Source of the DNA: Tubulanus polymorphus
Lineage: Eukaryota > Animalia > Nemertea
NCBI RefSeq assembly: GCF_964204645.1
Contig: NC_134028.1
Span: 5,208,001 to 5,272,000 of the forward strand
Reading direction: 5' to 3'
DNA length: 64,000 bases
Part shown: one piece after another, positions 52,296 to 64,000 of the stretch
Numbering within the stretch: the stretch's first letter is position 1
Layout: each line of letters opens with the position of its first letter
Translations under genes and position numbers: made by a program
Notes under the pieces: model-generated
Databases searched by the model: none
What the model saw: only the letters and a program-made list of their open reading frames with translations
What the model was told of the DNA's origin: nothing

Positions 52296-53639
52296 CGCAA
52301 TGACACGAAAAAAATTATCGAGTCAGTTCCATCATTCGAGACGAGATTGAGAATACGATCGAGGATCGCTTTTCAACCGAGCGCGGTTAGAAATGTCCGG
52401 CGTCGAGCGAAAAAAATATACGAGTCATTATTGGGATATTTGAGAACGGATTGAATGCGGACGAGTCTGTCGGGGGGGGGGGGGAGCGAGCGTAGCTGCA
52501 TCCAGCCGGCTGCTGAGCATCTTGCATTAAACGACATCGAACCGTACGATGCAATTACAGTAAGTAATGACAACGGAGCACAGAAAATGCAACAGTTGAT
52601 CACGGGGACCGAATTATTGGAAAAGACGACTCTAGACGCGCGGCGCTTTTCTTTTTATATCGTCTTATTTAACAAGACGACATGCCGACTAGAGTCGCGA
52701 GGAGGGGTTGCAGTTAAATCAGATCCATCCGAAAAACATTCGCTGAAATTAGAAAACCGACTCTACGCATTGATTCGGTCGTTAAAAGGTTCGACAGCCG
52801 TTCAATCCATAGAAACGCGCGCGCACGCGAAATACCATCGATTATAAATTACAGTTAATTCTCGACAATCACCGCGCGACTTTCCGTGACAACGAATTGA
52901 AGTGCAAACCGTAAATGATCATTTCTTCACACAAAACTAACCAATAGTTGAAATTGTCCACTCCACCCGATGAAGGCTAGTAGGGTATGCATATGCAGTA
53001 GGAAAAATGAGGTTCCATTTTGAATATCGGAGCAGCCTCTGTTCGATGCATACTCCAAGGTTACATACTAGAATATATCTGATATATCAGGTACTCGAAT
53101 ATTTTGTATCGTAAAATTTCAATAAAGTTCTATTGTATTGTATTGTATCTGTAGCTCTGAAGATGAGGAGTCTTCAACAGCAAATGGAATCAACATTTGG
53201 TTGATAATTGATGGAATCAAGGAATCGATGTTTGCCGGCTTAGTAGAAGGACGGAAGAAGTATGAGGTTTCATTTTAGATATCGTGGAAGAATTGGAGAA
53301 AACTGCGTTGAATGCATACTCCATGGTTAAAGCAATTATCGAATCACCAGAGAATACATCGTAGCTCTGAAGATGAGAGCGTGTCTACAGCAGTCAATGG
53401 AATCAACAGTTGGTTTATAGTAAATGGAGGAATTAAGGAATGAATGCTCGGCACTCTTCAGATCATTAGGGATAGTGAACTGGACCCAATTTATCCCCAA
53501 GGACAACGTATTGACCTAGCACTTATTACAATAGGCACTGAGGAAGAAACCGATGAGTCTAATATACATATTGTAGTAGTTACAACTCTGGGCCTATCAT
53601 AGTTCTACAATTCCTAGTTAAAAGTGACATTTCAACTTA

Positions 53640-53970
53640 AACCGCGATCACACACGCACTTAAGCCTGCACCAAATTTTGCCCATGCCCGATTAGGATGT
53701 TAACAACTGTTCGCACGGGTGCCAAATGGACCGTTTCGCCCAGGTCAAATTTGGCCTGACCAAAAACGTCGGACCAGGCCCCGAGACTAATTTTAGCATG
53801 GGTTAGATTATGGCTTGTGAATTGCAACTGATTCTGGAAGTGATTCGCTTCACTTTGTCTAAGCATTGTTTAGTATCGAGTGAGTGGTCTAATTAGGCAC
53901 GGGCCAAATTTGACTCGGGCCTGATCCGTGCCAATTTGGCCCGGGACATCTTGGCTTTTAACTGCGGGTT
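53640..53970. mobile_element. ~250-330 bp MITE family, with further copies at ~56130-56390, ~59758-60035 and ~60550-60680
   Basis: Shared ends ccg(c/t)gatcac(a/g)c and internal ccaaaacgtcggaccaggccc / ttgaattgcaactg / aggcacgggc. Confidence 0.65.
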
Positions 53971-56900
53971 CAGGCCCGACTCACAACCTGTCTATAAAAC
54001 TGGCTCTGGTAGTGTGGTAGAATATAGTATCAACAGTTGGTTATCAATTGAAGGAATTGATAATGAACCTCAGAGGAAGAGTGCTGCACTATTATACTGT
54101 AGTGTAGTGAACAGCGGTTGTAAAGAGTTGACAGGTGATTATTATAAAGACACTTTTGATCCATTACAGCATCGGGTGTTTCTCAGAAACAATGGACAGG
54201 ATAATCCGTTACCCGGGGATACTGATTAAATAAGGTCGCCGCATTTTTACACTTTAACCGTCAAATGGAGTTCAGTTCAACCAATAAAAATCATATAAAC
54301 GCCAAACGCCTAGGATAGAACAATATTCCATCTTCATCAACAAGTCAGATAACCTGTTGAGGCTACATGGTTGACACGCAGTTTCCAGCTGTACGAGGCC
54401 AATCCAATCGTTCATGTCTTCGAGACATCAGCTACGACAACCTTCGACCTTATCCTTGGATGTCTAAGTTTATCTTGAGCTCCGGCAAATTTTCCAAATC
54501 ATTAAACATCCTCTTATTTCACATCACCCGAACCCACCGCATTACAATGAAAAACGAAAGCATGTCATGAACTCTGAAAAATTTCATCCACTTTACAATG
54601 TTGTTTGAGAGAGGTTTCAATGAAATGGATAAACTTGTGGCCGCGTATTTTTTTGATCGAAAGCAATTTGTATGCAATTTATATCTAGACAGTAGAACTT
54701 TCATTACTGGTAGTCGCGCGCATCTACTCAATAATTCCGTAGCAATTAAGACGCGGCAATATGTAAGACCGAAAATGTTCATTAACTCTGCGCTCAATAT
54801 TTCAAGCAGGCAGATGTTACCCATTACTACTCGGTCCTCCGCTAAACGCTTCAGTTAACTAAATGAAAGACTAAATCATATCTTTCAAATGACAATAATA
54901 ATGAACTGATAATATCGGTATCTATCTTCCCTGTTTTTGCATATTTCCTAACCTTGATGTAGCGGCAAAAATGGGGAAGAGCGGGTCGGAAGACATTATT
55001 CGGAAAATGTTGCGACGAAAAACCGATGTTCGCATCGGGATTTGAATTTGACGGTCGGTGAAGCCCGACGATGATGAGCTTGTGAATTGAAATATGGCAT
55101 GACAAATGGCAGTCGATCTTCTGTCCTCGCGCAGTTCAGACGATGGTTAAAACATTAACCACGGCGAATATTCGTAATCTACGCGTTAAATATTTGAGTC
55201 AGATCATCTCAGTTCGGGAGATGGACAGAGACCGACGACCGATGATGGGAATTAGGATGTTGAGATTGAGGAGAATGCAAGTCAATTAGGCTGTTTACTT
55301 CCACCACAGAATTTAAAATTCTAATCGATACCTTTGAAAAATTGCGGCAGTTTGTGAATTAGCATGATTTGTCTTAAGTCTGGAAAAGGGGCGAAAAATT
55401 CAAGGCTACCTTGCGTATGTAACAAATGCGTTCCCTAAGCTTTATAAGGAAATCAAACTGTTGCATTTTCGTAAAATGTATAAGCGTTTAAAACATAAGA
55501 ATGCTTGCCTGTTGAATGTGGATTTCAGAGGAAGGCTTTCCGTATATATCCAGGTTATCGGAGTGGAGAAAATGGTATAAACAGCACAAACGGACGCGGA
55601 ATAGAATTATCATTGCTTCAGAAGTTTCCCTCCGCTTCTTCAAAGGCTAAACTCTCGTATTTAGTTTTGTTCGGTTTGGTTGCAGGGGCGGCAAGGGAGC
55701 GAATGAACCAGCGCTCATCTCGGGCTAGCTGATTGTCAATTTACATCTTCGACTTCGAGTCATCGAGGCCTCTACTCTATCACGAAACTAGCAACGCGAC
55801 ACTTCACAATTCCGACCGAACAAAGAAGATAAATGTTCCAGAAAATGTCCTACGCCATTTTTATTGCCGACAACCGCGCGTAGCTACTCATTTCATTTGA
55901 CATGTGACATTCCGCCCGGCTAGTTGCTTGAAGCTTGATTATTGATAAACAACAATAACAAACCAAATGTGCGCATTTACCACTAACTGACCCCCCTAAC
56001 TAAATCACGCCAATATAGGTAACGATATAACTGGTAGTTAGCTACATGGAAGACATTATGTGACCGCATGATTACAAGCTACGCTTTGCTTAAGGGTAAA
56101 GACGTGTACCTCAGTTGAGATGCATGCAAGCCGCGATCACACGAGCATTTTCGGCCCAACCAAAAACGTCGGACCAGGCCCGAGCCAAATTCTAGCATAA
56201 GACAAATGATTGCGTTTGAATTGCAACTGGAATCGGAAAATGACCCACTTCGCGTTGTTTGAGCATTGATTAGTATTGAGTGAATGGTCTGCATGTGGGT
56301 GCACTTTCTTACTAGGCACGGGCATAATTTGGCTCGAGCCTGATTCGTGCTAATTCAGCCTGGGCCAAATCGTCTCCATGTGATCACGACTGTAGCATCT
56401 ACAAAGGTTAACTCCAAAACTGTTCCGCAAATGAAGTAAAGTTTACTTGGGTAAGGCTCATCAGGGTTAAGATGGGATAAAAGCCTTCTGTTCTTGATGT
56501 TCCTACAATACCCAAAACCTATCCTGATAAAAGATTGACGAAACTTCACTTCTTATAAAAAGAAAAATTCGTCCGAAAATGTTTTCCCAGTGGCTCGATT
56601 ATTATTCCACTTAATTCCGTCAAATCTGACTGTGAAAGATGAAAAATTCATTTACTTCTATATTCGTCTAGACCTGATGTAGAGAGGAATGATTTACCAA
56701 ATCAATCAAATAAATGAAACATAACTAGAAAGAAAGAGTTAGCATCAGACAGACATTCTTAGCGGATACCAAAGCAGCAAAAGTGACGATCAGTTGGCAG
56801 AGTCAATGTTCTGAACGCTTAGAAAAGAAAATGATGTCCTCGATTGTTTGTAAAAGTCGTCCCAGGGTGAATTGACGGAGCGGTCTCTGTTTTTGGATAT

Positions 56901-59900
56901 CGGAAACCGGTTGACAGATTTTTGCTTAGCGTCGCCGATCGGATAGATCAAAGATCGAGAAACGATAGTAAGGTAAGCCGTACCGTAACGGTATCGATTT
57001 CAAACGAAATACATGGAAATCAGAGAACATTGAATTATTTGATCCGCGTCTGAACGTCGATAAGAAAAGAGATAATTACAAACAACCGTACATAATAATG
57101 AAAGGACTCGGATGGGTGTGGCGAAAATAACTTCAAATCAAATCAATTTATTTTATTACGTAAATACAGACTTTGTAATTTGCACGCTTTCAAGTCGTTA
57201 GTCGAGGAGAAAAAAATATATGCACTTAACAGACGGGCTGGAAGATAGCTTTATCATTGAATTTAATTTCGATCGATATCGTAGATGTTTCATCTGTGTT
57301 AATGCGAAAATTGAGTCGGGTCATACTTCAAACCTACGTAGTTAAAATTTCCAGCGTCGATGTCACATTTTCACCTACGGAATCGGGGAAAAAACCCGCG
57401 CTTCGATTCGCATGGAATTCTGATATGCGTACAAAGGAAACTGGAAAATGTACGTTGCGCCCGACAGAGATATTGCGCCGCGCGCGCATAACCTCCTCGA
57501 GGGCAAGAGGCAATTCGAGAAGGAAATTAAGTACGAAATGTTGAAATAACATTTTAAAACGCATTTAAAAATCAATCTGGAAAATACTGCGCGCGCGGAC
57601 ACCGATCCACTTAGCGGCGCGGTGACTGTGTATTCGAAAATAAGGCATCAACCGGCTGTGATCAATTAGACAGGAAAATATGACTGTTACAATGTTTCGA
57701 TTGTCGGTAGATGGGATATCGTCACCTGGGGAAGTTGTCGACGAGTGATTTAAGTACATTAGTCACGGGTTCCGATTTCGAATTCTCAAAAGCCGTGTCA
57801 GCCGCTATTCGCGAACAATAGGCGGATATTGAAAAAACGTGTCGAAATAATAGTTAGTCATAAGAAATATGGAGAACATTTTTCCCCGCACCTATCAATA
57901 TTAAATGACGCTCCTACAATATCAAAGATGTTACATTGCACGACCTAAATTACTGATTAAGCTATATGCGAACATGTAGGTCTTATATCAAAGAAACAGC
58001 TGAAAGTGTTGTTACCTTAAAATTGCTTTCATGTTTTTTGAAAATGCGGGTAAAGTATCAGTCGATCATTTCATCATCGGAATTCAGCTGCGAATTAATA
58101 TCCGTTCAAGTAGAAAAAAAAAAACGACACAAATCGCGAAAGTTTTCGAAGTTTTTCCCCGGCGTTCGAAAAGTTTTCGCTCTATATACACTGGATTTAA
58201 AATGCAGATGAATCTAGTTCAGTCGTCGCCTAACAGTATCATTGTCATAGTCGTACACAAACACGTGGCACTATCTCATTGCCTTCAGTTGTGATGATGT
58301 GGTTTTCTTAAAACATAAATTCAATTGTGACAGTAAAAGTTAGTATCACATTGTCAAAACAAACACGACAATCATTTTTTTTCTAGATTATAAACAACCC
58401 GTGGTTTGAAATTCACAAAGGATCCTCTGATTTTTAAAAGTTACTTTCTGATATGCGTTGTAGCAGAAATACAGAGTCCTATTTTCGTATTTTTGATTAT
58501 TGTCAAATCCAGAGCCAACTATCCAACCCTATAAAGTAACTGAATACAATAAATTCCAAGACCTGATTCATGAAATAAAATTGGGGTTCTGAACCTTTCA
58601 TCTATATGAATATAGGAATAAAGAGCTATTAATTAAACTTATAGATTCAATCGGTATTTGACAGTTTTGGTAAACATTCAAGTCATCAGTCAACTCATCG
58701 CATGAATAGTGCTTATAGTAATTGAATATATTAATGATATTCTGCACTTGTATATTAATGAGTAGATAGTGTGGGCTATAACTCCTCTCTCCCTCTCTCT
58801 CTCTCTGCAGCATGCATAGTTTAGTGTGAAAGTCTATTTTGTCACAGTAATAGACAGACTTCACTTGACCAGGAATCGACATTAGGAAATCACATTCACA
58901 CCATCGACTGATTGAAGAGTCGCAGGTTATTTCCTTTTATTCACCTGTTGATACGATCTGTAACACACTCTCAATGATCCTCACACATTGTATCGCCAGC
59001 ATCGGCTAGATTTTTTATTGACACTTCGGGCTCATCTAAATCATGACTATGGTCAATTTTGATTATGTCACAAGATAGAGGCACTTTTTTTTAAAAAAGC
59101 ACATTATAGGAATCAAGCCCGATTTGTATTATAAGCTATTTTCAACCATTTTGATGAAAGGATTGGGGTTAAGGGGACAACAGGGCATCCTCAATCCTCA
59201 ACGAACAACTCATCCGACTGACTGACTGAGTGTACTTGGAAATTTACTCAGGAAATTTTCCTTAGCAAAGTTGATCTGAATCTTTTCTGAGTGCCTCACA
59301 TGAGGCATGTGTGGTATTCTGGTTCAGCCACTGTATTTGAAGTATTCGAAGTTTCATTTTCTATCATTTTGACAAAAATCTTGTTTGGATTGAAGACAGC
59401 AGTCCACGTTGAGCTTTAGTTCCTCGTGCTTCTGCCTTATCAACAACTGAAATCGGAATTCTGAACTTCTCTCGATCTCAAGCATATTCATGATAGTACT
59501 AAGGAGTGATAAAAGCCAATATTGAATTCTTCTTGCCAGCTATTTGGCCGTAAGAATGAAATTTATAGGACCATTTGCGCTTGTCGACAGTAATTGGATT
59601 TCGTTAAAAACTTCCTTAATCATTTGTTACAAGCATTTCTTCAAATATAAAATCCTGTACTGAAGTTTTGTATGGTAAGCTGGAAGAAGCTGTTTGTACG
59701 TGGTAGGGAGACAAGTTTGTGATCGAAGACTGCTCTCGTGTCAAGACCTGATATTATAGCCGTGATCACGCGGGGAGGATTTGGCCCGGGCAAATCGGAA
59801 TAGCTCAGGCCTCAGAAGTCAATTTTGGCCCGTACTCAAACAAAGCGAAGTGAGTCATTTCCGGAACCAGTTGCAATTCAGAGGCAATCATTTGGCTTGG

Positions 59901-62555
59901 GCCTGGTCAGACATCTTCGGTCAGGACAAACATGCACCGGTCCATTTGGTACCCGTGTGAACAGTTGTTCCGGGCCAAATGTTTGACGCCGGACTTCTCT
60001 TTGATTAGGACCTGGTCTTAAGTTTGTTATCGTGCGTCCTTGTCTTTGGTGTGCAACACGTCCTACGACCGGTACCTGGTATAACTGCTGCCAGTGTCAA
60101 CATGGAATCTCAATCTCAACCTACAAAACTAATACCAGGCACCTTTCGAACCCCGGTTTAATGCGTGCGGGTATAAGCAACAACCGGCGGGGCTTAGATC
60201 GAGATGACAACTGTCAGTAGAGTTAATGACGGTAAAGCCGCTGATAGCTTAATGAATATGATACATGAGTTGTTTAATGTTAGTTGAATCAGACTCGGCG
60301 ATACTCTCGACTCCAACACTCATCAATCATAAACCGAATTCACAATTTCCTTCAATCTGTCACTGTAGGTCAAAAATAAACATTCAACTGGATGTGATGA
60401 GACGTACAGCAATGTTCGAAGTCTAGATGCAGACGCTCTTTAAAGATAAGGAGTATTCCAGTCTTTGCATGAATAGTTGGAAGGGGTAGACCCACATCCT
60501 TCTTGGAAGGGATAGGATCGTTATACAAGCAGTGAGGGCTCCAGTCTTTAACCGTGATCACATGATTTGGCAGGGGTCAAGCATGAGTCAAATTTGGCCC
60601 GTGCCTAATTAGAAGGCGCGTTCACACGTAAACCACTCACTCGATACTAAAAAATGCTTAGAGTGAAGTGAGTCATTTCCAGAATATCCACAAATTTGAG
60701 ATCGCGGCTCATGCACCAGAAATATTTCTTAATTTTCACACCAAAAATTCAAAGGGCTCAAAGGGCACTTCTCAACATAATAGGACTTGTTCGATCCCCG
60801 TGAAACCCTATGGGAGTTCTCAAAACAAACAAGTAAAAATTCACGAGGAGTTTTTGCATTTGTATGACTCTCACTCGCTCAGCACAAGGGTTCTAGGATG
60901 CCCGAACTGTTATTAGTATCAGGAACCACGAGGTCCTACGCGATATGATGTTATTCCAGAGGAAATAACTTCTCTGGATTAGCGACCAAATATTGTCACG
61001 ATTGCGAAACTAAGCCAGATAGGAAATGGATTCTTACGTTGAGGGAATACCGTCAACAGGAAAGACAGGAAAGCCAGTCGTTGCAAAGAGATCCGCAAAA
61101 AACACGTCCGTTTAATACCTACACAGGAAGCATCGTTAATAGTGTATATTCCGCAAAGGTTAATGAGAAAAAACCGCAATCGAAAATGTACTATAGTTAG
61201 AAAAATAACAACTACGCATTTCCGGCAGATCCAGCCTCTTTAAGACATTATCATTGTGCCATTACGAAGGTGTGGGGGCCCTGCCCTATAAAATTCTAAA
61301 ATATTTCCACTTCTGAATGTTTGTGGGGTCTTTGAATTTAGTTTTCAACTCATCAATCCCGTTCATCCAAAAAGCAAAGTTAGTTAAAATCAATTGAATA
61401 TTAAAAGTAGGTATACATGTCCTACAAGCCACGCCATCTGGTGGAATCGAATTCCATTTCAGACCTACTATTTACCACTAAAATGCCTAGTATTACGAAA
61501 CTAACTGGCGGCTATTTGTAAACTAATAATCGTCAAAACCTTGCGGATGTTTTTAATTGGGTATCGTTTCTCGTGTTGATGAGCAGAAAAAGCGGTATTC
61601 GCGAACGAATTAGCACGCCATTTCATTTCGATCAAAATAAATCTCGCCGCGAGTACACTTCAATATAGAGTCGATCTAACGTCGGATTTGATTTCGTAAA
61701 ATCAACAGCGCTTCAAAATATCTGTTGCGTTTTCCATTTACACCGGTAACAATAACGATGCAGTAGTAGTATTTATAACCGAGGCCTCGACGAACGAACG
61801 AACGGTTGCGTTTTCTTCGTCGTCGCGATTGATTTTAACGGATCCGATTTCTTCGTTAAATTCGCTCCGAAAACTGCAAACCGATACGAGTTATTGTTCC
61901 CTGACGCTCGTATCCCTATAAGCTACGCCAAAAATCAAGCGTCGTTTGTTAATGAAAAATTTGTCATTTTTCTCTTCGCCGTGGTAGAATATTCTAGGCT
62001 TTCGGCCGCGAATGAATTTTTAAAAGGCGGCAACTGAGATGATGAATGTTCGTCATAATGATGTCTGATGATGGACGAATTTCAGTAAGACTAAAAGCGC
62101 ATAAATGCAAAAAACGCTTTATGAAATTCATCTATGAACTAAGTGTTAGTGATAGTGAATACAGGACGTCCAGACAAAGATAGATACGGGGGGGGGGACC
62201 TAAAACATAAACATGTAGGTCCATGTTCACAAAAGGATCCCCTTAGCTACTAAAAAGCTACTAAAGCTACGAGAAAATGATGTAAATTCAACAAATCGTC
62301 CGACCATATCTGTTCTTCCATTTCCGATTTCAAAATCAAAACCCCCCAGTTTTGCTCTGGGCAGGTGTGGTGGGTTTGTGAGGGATGCCGAATCTAACCA
62401 AATCTATCGATCGAATAAATAAGAGGGATAATTCAAGATCAAAGCTCTTGTCTAAAACATATTCCCTTTTTCGTATAAATTGATGAAGATTCAGCTGAAA
62501 TGAAATTCAAAATCCATCCCCGATTTCTGCCAGTCCCATCGAAATGATGCGTCAT

Positions 62556-62559
<4 letters not shown>

Positions 62560-62634
<75 letters not shown>
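62560..62634. repeat. (TA)n microsatellite
   Basis: Direct reading. Confidence 0.95.
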
Positions 62635-62638
<4 letters not shown>

Positions 62639-64000
62639 ATATTTCTCGTAGAGATTTACATTGGCCTGTGCCGCTGATGACAGCCAGCATGTCTTCTTAT
62701 TACTGCTGATGAAAGTTTAAACATATCAACAGATAGATGAGTGGATCAACAAGTTTACATCACGCAATATAGCAAAATACACCGCATGAATAATGCCTCT
62801 TGTGTACTGTCTGTTTCTACATAATTGATAATGTCACTCGCAAATATCTGCATCATCCCGAGATCTTTCCGTCCTCGTCCTCGTATCGCCGAGCAAACTG
62901 GGAATTTCGTCGGTGGGATCCCCGCAGATCCGAGAGGCCGGGATTTCGTATAAGCCAAACCAATACACGATACGCATGTTCGGGATTGAGCAGATATATG
63001 AAGCTATATCCAGCATATACTCTACTGTACCTACTGTAAAAGGACTATTTGAGTTATGTGATAGCTATTTCTCACATCAAAATTTGTCGCGATAGTCATT
63101 CACAGAGTCATCTCAAAAATTTTGAGAATCTTAAATCTAAAATCCCCTAAACCCAGTTGTTTATCTAAATAGGGTACCGACACTGCTACTGTGGCAAGTT
63201 AGGATTTTGTGATGATCAACCAGGTTCACTAGTGGTTACTCGACTAGTGCGCTTCAATTTTTTCTACATTTCAATTAAACATGAATCAACTTTTCTAATA
63301 AGTAAATCAATCTTCAGTAAAATCCATAATTTTCAATGACTTGTTTGATGATATTCAGATTGAGGATCCTAAAAACCAAGTTCCAATTTCATCGAAAATG
63401 AACTAATTTTCACCACCAATAACTAAGTGTATTGTTGCGCCATCTGGTGAGGGCTGGTACCCGATTGGCTTCTGATTTTAACTAATAGATATAATTTCTA
63501 ATCAACAGTTAAACCTTACAAACAACTGTGGCCGGAGTAAGATTTCAATAGATTTTTTTTCTCCCCTTTCCAATCTGCAGTCATGAATTGTTAAAGAATG
63601 CCGGTCCGGGGAGAATCAGGAATGAGAATGAATATTCTATACGAGCAAACAGTTTGATGACTTTTCTGTCGGTGATAATTTCACTATTTATCTTTATTTC
63701 CAGATCTTTTAAGTATTGATTTTCTGTCTTGGCGATATTTACAGTCGTAACAAATTGCCGAGCCGTTCACAAATTTACACAGAAAGTTTACCCAACTAAA
63801 ATCTTGTTGCTCTTACTCTGAGTCACACACAACGACCGACTGACTGCAGTTTCTAAATCACAAAACCATATTGCTTATGCTTAAATGTGATAGAGGAATC
63901 TGTACAGAGACCATTGCTAGAGTCATTGATCATCTGCGGAACTAGTTCTTGTTTGGCCAAATACATCGCAATGAAATCTTATTCCATAGAAGTTTAAAAT

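Noticed and set aside
52455-52847. 130 aa ORF as a protein-coding gene
   Set aside because: No recognisable domain; it crosses a G homopolymer and a likely splice donor.
53150-53400. CTGAAGA motifs as additional hammerheads (also CTGATGA at ~284, 62065, 62674 and 62706)
   Set aside because: No stem II followed by GAAA and no stem I pairing.
62834-63016. ORF MLDIASYICS... as the missing SDR42E1 HIASYGMSG exon
   Set aside because: Similarity is limited to IASY; the rest does not fit and no matching splice sites are evident.

Overview
Eukaryotic (metazoan, invertebrate-like) genomic DNA: AT-rich, with compact multi-exon genes and mostly 70-500 bp introns. Five protein-coding genes can be read. 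RSL1D1 (-, 781-3175) lies head-to-head with a flavin monoamine oxidase-like gene (+, ~3383-7428). Then come VTI1A (+, 18313-20274), a complete axonemal dynein heavy chain DNAH3 (+, ~21531-46360) and the 3' part of SDR42E1 (-, 49162-51515), whose upstream exons are not found in the last 12.5 kb. Notable non-genic structure: a 6.1 kb non-coding Foldback/Mutator-like element with 297 bp TIRs and a 9 bp TSD (9560-15638); a chain of seven different short palindromes directly beside it; a Penelope-like remnant with a minimal hammerhead ribozyme; a 5'-half tRNA-Tyr at the VTI1A start; a U12-type last intron, a candidate cassette exon and a candidate recursive splice site in DNAH3; a 64 bp satellite apparently expanded from one arm of a palindromic MITE; and many MITEs and SINEs. 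All calls were made by eye, with no database searches.
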